DNA from: Gemmatimonadales bacterium
GTDB taxonomy: Bacteria; Gemmatimonadota; Gemmatimonadetes; Gemmatimonadales; GWC2-71-9
NCBI GenBank assembly: GCA_037189525.1
Contig: JBBCJC010000002.1
Location: 64,001-128,000 of the forward strand
Direction of reading: 5' to 3'
Length of the DNA stretch: 64,000 bases
Part shown: positions 1 through 9,005 of the stretch, piece by piece
Numbering within the stretch: the stretch's first letter is position 1
How the letters are laid out: the number at the start of each line of letters is the position of its first letter
Program-made: the position numbers and the translations under genes
The notes under the pieces: generated by a model
What the model was told of the DNA's origin: nothing
Database searches by the model: none
The model's input: only the letters and a program-made list of their open reading frames with translations

Positions 1-453
1 GCGGGTGGCGAGTTCCGGCAGGAAACTCGCGCAGAAAGCCTCGCTCAACATGAATCCGGTATTGCCGATGACGATGAGCCCGATGGCCAGCCAAACATTG
101 CCCGGCTGCGCCAGGTACAACGCCGCGGTGCCCACCGCACAGATGAGACAGCTGGCCACGAGCCAGGCCTTCTTGCGGCCGCTCTTGTCGATGATCGCCC
201 CGGTCAGCGGCGACAGCAGGATGGCCGAGACCATCGACAACAGGATGGCAATGGACCAGTACGAGTCGCGAGCGGTCGAATCGGGCGGAACGATATAGGA
301 CACGAAGAAAGCGCTGTACACCGCCGTGATGACGACCGTCGTGTACGACGAGTTGGCAAAGTCGAACATCGCCCAGCCGAAGATTTCGCGCCTGGCAACC
401 GGCGGAGCGTCGGCAAGCACGTCGGACGGAGCCTCGTGCAGCGGGGCAGTCAT
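1..453 (-). CDS. MFS transporter, UMF1/ATG22-like (5' part; runs off window start)
   Basis: Translated by hand from ATG at 453: MTAPLHEAPSDVLADAPPVARREIFGWAMFDFANSSYTTVVITAVYSAFF...SPLTGAIIDKSGRKK. WxxFDFANS and GxxxDxxGRK are typical MFS/UMF1 motifs. Not in ORF track because truncated. Confidence 0.85.
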   Translation of the reverse strand, partial: MTAPLHEAPSDVLADAPPVARREIFGWAMFDFANSSYTTVVITAVYSAFFVSYIVPPDSTARDSYWSIAILLSMVSAILLSPLTGAIIDKSGRKKAWLVASCLICAVGTAALYLAQPGNVWLAIGLIVIGNTGFMLSEAFCASFLPELATR

Positions 454-558
454 GGAGTGGTCCGCGGAATGGATTCGGAAATCTCGGCGGAGGCGGGCGC
501 ACTGGCAATGCGGTGACGGCCTTGACCGCCGCCGATTCGCCCGTCAGCTTCGGGCACC

Positions 559-1503
559 ATGCCAACCACACCCCTCCGTATTCTGCTCGCCGGCGACCAC
601 GTCTCCGGCCTTCGGGACGCTATCGTCGCGCACCGCCCCGACCTGCCACTCACCATGAAGCCCCTCGCCGAGATCGGGGTCGACGACCTGGCGCAGGCGG
701 ATGTCTATGTCGGGTTCCGGCGTCCGGCGGCGGGATGGGGACAGATCCGCTGGATCCACAGTATCGGCGCCGGCGTCGACGGCCTGCTGCGCGGCGAACC
801 GCTGCCCGAGGGTGTACTGCTCACGAAGAGCAGCGAGGATTTCGGCCCGGCCATCGGGGAGTGGTGTCTGACGCGCGCCCTGTCGGTCAACCAGCACCTG
901 GGTCTCCTGGCGCAGGACCAGGCGGAGCGGCGCTGGTGCCATGATGCCGATCGCAAGCCGGTCCTGCTGCGCGGCCAGCGTGTCGTCGTGTTCGGCACGG
1001 GCCAGGTCGGGCGCGGCATTGCCCGCTGCTTCCGTGCATTGGGGTGCCAGGTGACGGGCTTGTCGCGAAGCGGTACCGCGGCCGACGGGTTCGACGCGGT
1101 GCACCCGGCCGACGCATTCGAACGCATCATTCCGGAAACCCACTGGCTCATCCTCGCGGCGCCGCTCACCGCATTGACGCGCGACTTTCTCGATCGTGAT
1201 CGGATGCAGGCGTGCGCCGGAGCGTATCTGATGAATGTCGGACGCGGGGCATTGCTCGACGAAGAGGCATTGCCCGAAGCGCTCGATCAGGGCTGGCTCA
1301 GCGGTGCGGCGCTCGACGTCTTTGCGCAGGAACCGCTTCCGGCCGACTCTCCGCTCTGGCGGCACTCCCGTGTCGTCATTTCACCCCATGTCAGCGGACC
1401 AAGCACGGTCGAGGGAACGGTGGCCGGCTTCCTCGAGGCGCTCGCGGCCGTCGAAGCGGGGAGCACGCCTCGCCTGGCGATCGACCCGAGTCGGGGGTAC
1501 TGA
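559..1503 (+). CDS. D-2-hydroxyacid dehydrogenase family (GhrA-like)
   Basis: GAGVD, GTGQVG Rossmann motif, NVGRG, LDVFAQEPLP and catalytic SPHVSG. Confidence 0.9.
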   Translation: MPTTPLRILLAGDHVSGLRDAIVAHRPDLPLTMKPLAEIGVDDLAQADVYVGFRRPAAGWGQIRWIHSIGAGVDGLLRGEPLPEGVLLTKSSEDFGPAIGEWCLTRALSVNQHLGLLAQDQAERRWCHDADRKPVLLRGQRVVVFGTGQVGRGIARCFRALGCQVTGLSRSGTAADGFDAVHPADAFERIIPETHWLILAAPLTALTRDFLDRDRMQACAGAYLMNVGRGALLDEEALPEALDQGWLSGAALDVFAQEPLPADSPLWRHSRVVISPHVSGPSTVEGTVAGFLEALAAVEAGSTPRLAIDPSRGY

Positions 1504-1516
1504 CGCGGATAAAACG

Positions 1517-1555
1517 ATCGCCGCCGAGCGGAGTTGTCTTCCGCTCGGCGGCGAT
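1517..1555 (-). terminator. Intrinsic terminator hairpin between convergent genes
   Basis: 16-bp perfect stem atcgccgccgagcgga / tccgctcggcggcgat with 7-nt loop. aaaa at 1511-1514 gives a U-tract on the minus strand. Confidence 0.8.
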
Positions 1556-1584
1556 GCGCGATGGAACAGGTCGCGCGTTTGCTG

Positions 1585-4113
1585 CTAGAACGTTCCAGCC
1601 CGCGAGGTGAAGAGAACCTGGCCGGAGCTCGGGCAGGCACCGGTGACGTTCGCGCCGCCGCCCGATACGGTCCACGTCCCGGTCGATCCCGTCGCCGGGG
1701 CCCAGGCATTGTTCCACCCGGCCACGCCGGAGAAGTCGGGCGTGGTCAGGTCGACGGCCGTGCCCCCCAGGTACGCAGCGGATGCCATCAGCGATACCGC
1801 CTGGCTGCTACCGCCGACGGTGAGATACAGCGCCGTCGCTGAGGCCGTTGCTCCCGTCGGCAGCGTATACTGGAACCGGAAGCGCCGGTACGGGCCGCTT
1901 TCCGAACCCGGCGTGAGCGCCGCGATCGCGCCCGGCAGCGTCACGCTGGTAGCGGACAGCCCGCCCATGAAGACCGAGGCGCCCCGGGCCGTCCCGGCCT
2001 GTCCGCCACCCGGGAAGTTGCTGGCGGTCAGGAACAGAGAATGCCGGTCGGTCGGCCGCTGCTGCGCAGCAGGCACGCCGTAGATCGGGAACGACGCCGA
2101 CGAGGCCTGGCCCAGACCGTACAGCATGTGGACGTTGCACCCGGTGCCGGTGTAGTACGCCATGGTGTGGATGACGGACTCGCCGCCCAGCAAGCCACCG
2201 TTGATCGTGGCCGTCGCAGACGCCGGCGCCACCGCTTCGGCAGCCCCGAAGTCCAGCGTCGGGCCGACCGACCCGCCGTTGGCAATTGCACCGGTATTGA
2301 TGTCGCGCCGGATGATGATTCGGTCGTTCGAGCCCGGGCCTGCCACGAGATCACCCCGATAGGCGACCAGGTCGAAGGTGCCGTTTGCCACACCCTCGAT
2401 CGACGCCAACGTCTGGGCGAAGTTTGCCGTACCAGTGCCGCCACCGATCGTGACCGTCGCCGAACTCGTGAACCCACCGAGACCGGCCGTCTGCGCCGTG
2501 AGCGTCTTCCCGCCCGTCTGGGTGTCGCCGCAGAGCTCGAGGGTGTGGATACCAAGCCATTCGGCCTGGCTGTAGTATTGGACTGCCACGGCGCTCGACC
2601 CCCCGGATCCCGTCACGAAAGCAACGGCGCCGCGGGATTCAGTGATGTTGAAGCTGTAGACCGTACCAGTCGGCACCACCTGAGTCCAAGGACCGTTGCC
2701 GTTCTGCGCCGCGACCCAAAGCGGCCGATCCGAGAGCGGGCAGGCTGCGACGTCAACGCTGACGTTGCCACCGCCGCCCGAGGCCGGCGCGACCTGAACG
2801 CCGACATTGAGCGTCTTGTTCGCCAATCCGGTCGCGGTACCGGTAACGGTGATCTGCTGCGCACCCGTCGCGGCGCCGGACGCGGCCTGAATCGTCAGCG
2901 TCGACGTGTTCCCCGCGGTGCTGGCGGGATTGAAGGTGGCCGTGAGGCCCGCCGGCAAGGTGCCGACCGAGAGCGCCACCGGCGCCGTCAGACCGCCGAC
3001 GCGATCGATATTGACAGTAACGTTGACTGCGGCAGCACCAGCCTGGACGTTGACAGTGCCCGCCGGCGTGAGCGACAGCGAGTAGTCGGGTGCGGGACCC
3101 GTTACGGTCAAGGTGAGGGTCGCGGTCTTGGGATCGAAGCCCTCGGCCTCGCTCCGTACGACCAAGTCGTAGTTGCCGGGATTGACCGCGCCACCGACCT
3201 GCACCGAGAGGGTCGAGGTCGCGCCGGTCGTGGCCGGCGGTGCGAACGACGCCGTGATGCCCGCCGGAGGAGTACCCTGCAACGAGAGACTGACATTCCC
3301 GGTGAAATTGGTCCGGGTCAGGTTGACCGTCACTTGGCCGCTGGCCCCCTGAGCAAGCGACAACGTCGAGGCCGAGAGTCCCAGTGTATAGGATGACTGC
3401 GGCTGCGTGGCGGTGACCGTCAGCTGCACAACCGTAGTTGCCGCTGCAACGCCGGTGCCGGTCGCCCGGATCGTCAGCGGGTACGTACCGGCCGCCGCGG
3501 TCCCGCCACCGATCGTCAGGGTCGACGAGTTGGTCGTGACCGAGGCCGGGGCAAAGTTGGCCGTGAGACCGGCCGGCGCGCCTTCGACCGTCAGCGCCAC
3601 TGCCTGGGTGTAGTTGGTTCGGGTCAGCTCGATCGCCACGGTGTTGGTGGCACCCTGCGCCACGGTCAGCGTGGTCGGGGTAGCCGCGACGGCGATGCTC
3701 GACGGAATGGCCGTGACCGTCAGCGTCACCGGGACCGTCACCGCCGTGACCCCGGAGCCGGAGGCCCGGACCGTCAGGTTGTAAGTGCCTGCAGCGACAT
3801 TATTTGCGACAGTGACAGTGACCGTGCCGGTGGTCGTGCCGCCACTGGTCGTCACGTTGGACGCGGCAGCCGTCACGCCGGCCGGAGCCCCGGTGGTCTC
3901 GATCGTGACCGTTCCGGTAAAGCCCCCGCTGCGGGTGATCGTCGCGGTCAGGTTGTCCGAGCCGCCCTGGACCGCCGTGAGCGCCGTCTTACTGAGCGAA
4001 AGCGCGATCGCCGGGTTCCCCGGGCCCGATCCGCCATCACCACCATCAGAGCCGCACGCTCCAAGGCCGAGTGCGACCAGAGCCGCGCCAAACCAACGTG
4101 TCCACCTGCGCAT
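1585..4113 (-). CDS. Surface lipoprotein with four tandem Ig-like beta-sandwich repeats and an uncharacterised C-terminal domain
   Basis: Start moved to ATG 4113 (GAGG RBS). Lipobox LGAC, Gly linker, four ~100-aa Thr/Val/Ala-rich repeats. Confidence 0.8.
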   Translation of the reverse strand: MRRWTRWFGAALVALGLGACGSDGGDGGSGPGNPAIALSLSKTALTAVQGGSDNLTATITRSGGFTGTVTIETTGAPAGVTAAASNVTTSGGTTTGTVTVTVANNVAAGTYNLTVRASGSGVTAVTVPVTLTVTAIPSSIAVAATPTTLTVAQGATNTVAIELTRTNYTQAVALTVEGAPAGLTANFAPASVTTNSSTLTIGGGTAAAGTYPLTIRATGTGVAAATTVVQLTVTATQPQSSYTLGLSASTLSLAQGASGQVTVNLTRTNFTGNVSLSLQGTPPAGITASFAPPATTGATSTLSVQVGGAVNPGNYDLVVRSEAEGFDPKTATLTLTVTGPAPDYSLSLTPAGTVNVQAGAAAVNVTVNIDRVGGLTAPVALSVGTLPAGLTATFNPASTAGNTSTLTIQAASGAATGAQQITVTGTATGLANKTLNVGVQVAPASGGGGNVSVDVAACPLSDRPLWVAAQNGNGPWTQVVPTGTVYSFNITESRGAVAFVTGSGGSSAVAVQYYSQAEWLGIHTLELCGDTQTGGKTLTAQTAGLGGFTSSATVTIGGGTGTANFAQTLASIEGVANGTFDLVAYRGDLVAGPGSNDRIIIRRDINTGAIANGGSVGPTLDFGAAEAVAPASATATINGGLLGGESVIHTMAYYTGTGCNVHMLYGLGQASSASFPIYGVPAAQQRPTDRHSLFLTASNFPGGGQAGTARGASVFMGGLSATSVTLPGAIAALTPGSESGPYRRFRFQYTLPTGATASATALYLTVGGSSQAVSLMASAAYLGGTAVDLTTPDFSGVAGWNNAWAPATGSTGTWTVSGGGANVTGACPSSGQVLFTSRAGTF

Positions 4114-4349
4114 GAGTTGTCCTCGTAATTGTTTTGACGGTTGTTCCGTATCAGTGCCAAAGTTTGCAGCAAAAATGATTCCAGGCCGTACAGGTACCGG
4201 AACGGCCGGCACTTATTCCGCGGCTACCGGTCGGGTTTCCGGTTGGCCGAGGGCTCTGTACCCGCCTATCGTTCCGAGCGGATCAGGAGCTACGCGGCTT
4301 CCGTCGACCAACGGGCCCTATCCCACGTCCGGGGGACTCTGATATATCG

Positions 4350-5246
4350 ATGCACGATGATGCCGCCCTGATCGCCCACTGTCGCGCCGTGTTGTCGCGA
4401 GGTTCCGCCAGTTTTTCCCGGGCCGCCGGGCTGCTCGACCCCGCCACCCGCGAAGGGTGCTACCTGCTGTACACCTGGGGTCGTCATTGTGATGACGTGA
4501 TCGACGGCCAGACGCTCGGCCATGGGCAGCAGCCGCTCGACCGCCCGACCTTGAGCGTCCGGCTGGCGGGGTTGCGGGATGAGACGGAGCGCGCCCTCAA
4601 CGGCCAGGCGGCGGACCTTCCCTTTCAGGCGTTGGCGCTGCTGGCCCGACGTCATGACATCCCTTCGGAGCTGCCGCGCGCACTATTGGACGGGATGGCG
4701 ATGGATGTGGAGGGCACCCGCTATCGAACTCTGGATGAGCTCGCCATCTACTGCTACCGTGTGGCGGGTGTGGTCGCCATCATGACCGGGCGAATCATGG
4801 GCCTGGTAGACTCCGCCCTACTCGAACGAATGGGACGGCTCGGCGAGGCGGTACAGCTTACCAATATCGCGCGCGACGTGATCGATGATGCGGGCGCCGG
4901 GAGGATCTACCTCCCGCTGGCGTGGCTCGAGGCCGCCGGCATTCCCGACGAAGAGATTGCCTCGCCCGACCATCGGATCGCCCTGGCCGGCGTTGTGGTA
5001 CATCTGCTCGATGCAGCCGACGAGCGCTATGCGGAAGCCGACCCCGTCCTCGCGCACCTGCCGATGCGATCGGCTGCCGCGGTTGCGGTGGGACGGAGCC
5101 TATACGCAGCAATCGGCAACGTGATTCGACGACGAGGGCCGAGAGCTTGGGACCAGCGCGCAACCGTGACGGGGTTTCGTCGCGGCACCCTCACGGTATC
5201 CAGCCTGATCCAGACGATTGCCGGGCGGATTCGTCCGCACTCCTGA
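4350..5246 (+). CDS. crtB: Phytoene/squalene synthase family, phytoene synthase-like
   Basis: GSASF, RHCDDVID, YCYRVAGVV, QLTNIARDVIDDAGAGRIYLP motifs. Confidence 0.85.
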   Translation: MHDDAALIAHCRAVLSRGSASFSRAAGLLDPATREGCYLLYTWGRHCDDVIDGQTLGHGQQPLDRPTLSVRLAGLRDETERALNGQAADLPFQALALLARRHDIPSELPRALLDGMAMDVEGTRYRTLDELAIYCYRVAGVVAIMTGRIMGLVDSALLERMGRLGEAVQLTNIARDVIDDAGAGRIYLPLAWLEAAGIPDEEIASPDHRIALAGVVVHLLDAADERYAEADPVLAHLPMRSAAAVAVGRSLYAAIGNVIRRRGPRAWDQRATVTGFRRGTLTVSSLIQTIAGRIRPHS

Positions 5247-5302
5247 GCACACGCCGTTCATTCGGATACGATGAACAGCCTGACGTTTCCTGGACCAGAA
5301 AT

Positions 5303-6292
5303 CTACCGAACGATCTCGACCCTCTGTAAAGCGATAGGTCGTCGCAGGGAGAGCAAGGTACTATCCGTCCCGACTTCGGTGAGATAAGGGAGCCACATGG
5401 GACTCGGCTGAACAGAGTGCGGAACATACAGGCCAAACCGATCGTTAGAACCGAATCCGGCTTGGGTATAGAGCACCTGAGTGGAAAACCGCTCACCTCC
5501 ACTAGTCAGCTGAACGCTGACCGGACGCTCCAAGTGGAAGCGCCAATGGCGCCCTTGAGCTCCGCCACACATCGATAGCACCAAAAGACACCCCTCGACT
5601 TCAGGAACGCTATCGATTCTGGTTTGCGTGGTTTCGAATACCAACCGAGCCCCGAACTCGGCAGACAAGTCTACGTCACTGTCGAGCGGGAGGGGACGCT
5701 GGAAATGTTCTGTCCCGAACGGGTGTGGATACTCGATCGTTCCATCTCCGTGAAGGACTATCTCGGAACGAACATACATTTCGACCTCGACCTGACCCAC
5801 CCCATCCTTGCTGCAGAACGTCACCAGATACGAGTCGCCCAGGCTGGTTGCGATGTATCGGGGCGGGTACGGAGCTGCCTCGAGAACACTATGGTTCGGA
5901 AGCACCGCACCACAGACCCGTATCTGCTCAAAATCGATTGGCGCTCCATGGCCCTCTTCGAGAAACTGCCGAGTCCCGCCGACGACGTGTGCGTTGGCGC
6001 GAACAACGGCAGTTGCCAGACGAATCGCATCGTCTCGACCAAGCTCATACTCATGTACGCGGTGCGGCTGCAAAAAACGGAAGCGACCGTCCGGACCAAG
6101 GTCAGACAATGCAGCCGCTGCTACCCACGCCCTCTCGACTCGGACCCGTGCGGGCTCACCAGGCTCGTAAGAACGGCAACCCGAGAGCCACGATCCAATG
6201 AAAGGTGTCGACACAAGGACCATCGCAGCTCGCAAGCGAACGATCCGGCGACGTCGAAGGCATAAGATGCTCGCCCGAGTTTGATGTACCAT
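5303..6292 (-). CDS. Hypothetical protein, possible lipoprotein, in a lower-GC segment (start 6292 or 6223)
   Basis: Only long ORF filling the gap between crtB and the hydrolase. Hydrophobic stretch then LSGC. Visibly AT-richer codons. Confidence 0.5.
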   Translation of the reverse strand: MVHQTRASILCLRRRRIVRLRAAMVLVSTPFIGSWLSGCRSYEPGEPARVRVERAWVAAAALSDLGPDGRFRFLQPHRVHEYELGRDDAIRLATAVVRANAHVVGGTRQFLEEGHGAPIDFEQIRVCGAVLPNHSVLEAAPYPPRYIATSLGDSYLVTFCSKDGVGQVEVEMYVRSEIVLHGDGTIEYPHPFGTEHFQRPLPLDSDVDLSAEFGARLVFETTQTRIDSVPEVEGCLLVLSMCGGAQGRHWRFHLERPVSVQLTSGGERFSTQVLYTQAGFGSNDRFGLYVPHSVQPSPMWLPYLTEVGTDSTLLSLRRPIALQRVEIVR

Positions 6293-6398
6293 CGCGACCC
6301 GTTGGCAGAACCGACTACAACACGAGATGGTCTTCCCAGCAACCGAATGAGCGTCTTTCAATAAGTACGTATAGTATGGGGGTCCGATACCACGAAAA

Positions 6399-7937
6399 TC
6401 ACGGCACGATCCAATCCACCGGCGGGAGATCCACCCGAGCCGAGAAGCCGGTCGTGTCGCCGCGCTGAATGAAGCTGGCCAGCGCCACGGTGAACTCGGG
6501 CGAATGGCGCATCGCTTCACGCAACGCGCCGTGCGAGCCGCGTCCGACGGTCACGAAGGTATGCCGCTTGAAGCGTGGCGCGAGTTCGATGGCGTTCTCG
6601 ATCGGGGTCGAGGTATCCCAGTCGCCCTGCACGATGACGGTCGGGATCTCGGTATCGAAACCGCGCCGAAACTCCTCGCCCAAATCGCTCGGCCAGAACG
6701 GACATCCCAGGCGATAGAAGCGGTTGATTTCGCCAAGCAGCGCGGCGGCGGTATCGGCCTCGATCAGCGCGCGACGCTCGGGACTGATCCCCGAACCACA
6801 ATCCAGCATCATGAAGCTCGCCGTCGTCTGACCTTCGCCCCGCTGCACCACCGACGCCGCCGCACGATCGAATCGCCCGGCCGAGAGCGCCGCGATGTCC
6901 GCGGGCCACGAGGCCAGGCCGGTTCGGGCGCTGGCAGGACCGCTGAAGCCGTAGGACAGCGAACGCAGCCGGCGCGCATCGAATCGCACGGTCTCCTGCT
7001 GACCGGTCTTCGGGTTCCGGACCGCCACCAGGGTCGGGGCAGCCTCCGCGCGCGCAATGGCCGACCGGAAGGCCGTGAGCAGTCCTTCGCGCGGAAGCGT
7101 CCGCGCCAACGCGGGCGCTCGGGCCGCCTCATCCGCTACCCGCGCAAAGGCGTTGAGCACGCCGCTCGGCATGTCGTAGGTGTGATCGGAACCCTCCATG
7201 CCGCTCAGCACCGCGCGCTCGACGATGCCGGGATGATAGCGCATCACCGCCATGGCCCAATGCGACCCGAAACTGGTACCCTGCAGGACGATCTTCTCGT
7301 ATCCCAGCGCCCGACGCACGTCATCGACATCCGCCGCCGCCTCGATGACGTTGAAGCCGGCCAGCGCGAATCCCTTCCCCTCCCAATACGCCTTACACGC
7401 TTCCATCACGGTGCGCAGCCTGGCCACCTCATCCGCCTCCACGATTTCCGCATCGAGCGGCATGGACGCGGGGCGTTCGCAGATGGTGTTGGGCGGCGAC
7501 GATCCGATGCCGCGCTGGCCGATCATCAGGTAGTCAGCCATGTCGGTCCAGACCCGGATTTCGTTGTCGGCATAGCCGGGATTGGCGAGCAGGGATGCAA
7601 ATCCCAGGTACCCGGGGCCACCCGGCAAGCGGAAGATCGGCGGTCCCGACGTGGGGGTAGTCGCCCGAAATCGGTAGAACTCGATTCCGACGGTCGGACC
7701 CGCGGGCCGCGAACGCTCGACCGGTACGAACAGCATGCCGCGCTCGGCCTCGAGCATGGTCCCGTCCTGCAGCGACACCCGTTCGGGGTACAGTACCAGC
7801 GTTCCCGCCTTGGGAAGCTGCAGCGCACCATCCCGAGCCGCCTGATTGGACGGCGTGGCGCCGCAGCCGACTCCGACGGCCACCGGAACGATCAATAATA
7901 CGGCACGAGACAACCAGCGCTTACGATCGGTACGCAT
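6399..7937 (-). CDS. Alpha/beta hydrolase, TAP-like peptidase, lipoprotein
   Basis: Lipobox GVGC, PGGPG, QRGIGSS, nucleophile GTSFG, GDWDTSTP and GSHG. Confidence 0.85.
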   Translation of the reverse strand: MRTDRKRWLSRAVLLIVPVAVGVGCGATPSNQAARDGALQLPKAGTLVLYPERVSLQDGTMLEAERGMLFVPVERSRPAGPTVGIEFYRFRATTPTSGPPIFRLPGGPGYLGFASLLANPGYADNEIRVWTDMADYLMIGQRGIGSSPPNTICERPASMPLDAEIVEADEVARLRTVMEACKAYWEGKGFALAGFNVIEAAADVDDVRRALGYEKIVLQGTSFGSHWAMAVMRYHPGIVERAVLSGMEGSDHTYDMPSGVLNAFARVADEAARAPALARTLPREGLLTAFRSAIARAEAAPTLVAVRNPKTGQQETVRFDARRLRSLSYGFSGPASARTGLASWPADIAALSAGRFDRAAASVVQRGEGQTTASFMMLDCGSGISPERRALIEADTAAALLGEINRFYRLGCPFWPSDLGEEFRRGFDTEIPTVIVQGDWDTSTPIENAIELAPRFKRHTFVTVGRGSHGALREAMRHSPEFTVALASFIQRGDTTGFSARVDLPPVDWIVP

Positions 7938-8024
7938 GACAGGCTCCTGATGAAAAACCTCGGCCGACCATTCTGGACCGGCCGTTTCTGCGACGAATCG
8001 AGGTTCTAAACTTCTGGTCCGCAG

Positions 8025-8990
8025 CTACCGCATGGCAATCGACGGCCTGGTGCGCGGCGGCGCGTCGGTCCGACCGCCAGGAGCGGGGGCGATGACACGC
8101 AGCGCGTCACGCCGCGGCAGCAGCCGCTCCAGACTGCGGCGATCCAGTTCGAAAATGAAGGGACTGCCGCGCATCGTCACCAGCGGTTCGCCGCGCTGAC
8201 CCAGCCGCATGGCCAGCGCCACGAGGGTGTCGCCCCGCGCATCGAGCGCGACGAGTCCACGCCGGTCCGGCCCGTAGCCGGTACTGTCTCGCGAAAATCC
8301 GACGGCATACTGCCGACCAAGCGCGACCAGGAGATCGGTCACGACCTCGGGATTGGCCGGCTGCCCGTCCACGGTCCACTGGGGCTGACCGCGCCGCAGG
8401 CTGTAGGTGTCGTTCCCATGCCGAAGCACCACGGTTTCGACCGCCGCCGTATCGACCGCCAGGAGTGTCAGGTCCCGCCAGTACACCAGCGGCTGCCGCA
8501 TCGCATCGAAGAACGTCCCTCTGACCAGGTAGACCTCGTCTGCCCCTGGAATCCGAACGTACCCGCTCGGTTGCTGCGGACCGGGGCGCCCGACGAACAG
8601 GCGGCTGCGGCTGCCGTCGGCGTGGACGACGGTGAGCGCATAGGTGCTGTCGTCCGCCACGCCGAGCCGGCGGTGATTGGCCGGATTCCGCACCGCGACC
8701 TCGAGAGGAACCGCACCGGTCAAATCGATCCAGAGCCGGCTGATCACCATCGTATCGGCGCGCAGGCCATTGACCTGCCATCCCTCGCTCGTCTTTTCCA
8801 GATCGTACGTCTCGCTCGGACCGGCGACCTGAAATCCCGTCACATCGCGGCCGTCGAGACCCGCCAGCAGCTGAGCAAGCGTGCTCGCCTCACCGCGCCC
8901 GGATGTCCGGCCGAGCCACTGCCGCACGCCGAACACGACCAGCGCAGCAACTAAAATGATCAGGACGACGCGAAGGGTACGTTCACTCAT
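8025..8990 (-). CDS. DUF4340-like membrane-anchored protein
   Basis: Single N-terminal TM, 'LFVGRPGP..GYVR....VYLV' and 'WRD' pattern. Sits downstream of a GldG-type gene. Confidence 0.7.
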   Translation of the reverse strand: MSERTLRVVLIILVAALVVFGVRQWLGRTSGRGEASTLAQLLAGLDGRDVTGFQVAGPSETYDLEKTSEGWQVNGLRADTMVISRLWIDLTGAVPLEVAVRNPANHRRLGVADDSTYALTVVHADGSRSRLFVGRPGPQQPSGYVRIPGADEVYLVRGTFFDAMRQPLVYWRDLTLLAVDTAAVETVVLRHGNDTYSLRRGQPQWTVDGQPANPEVVTDLLVALGRQYAVGFSRDSTGYGPDRRGLVALDARGDTLVALAMRLGQRGEPLVTMRGSPFIFELDRRSLERLLPRRDALRVIAPAPGGRTDAPPRTRPSIAMR

Positions 8991-9005
8991 GCCGAGGGCA
9001 CTTTC

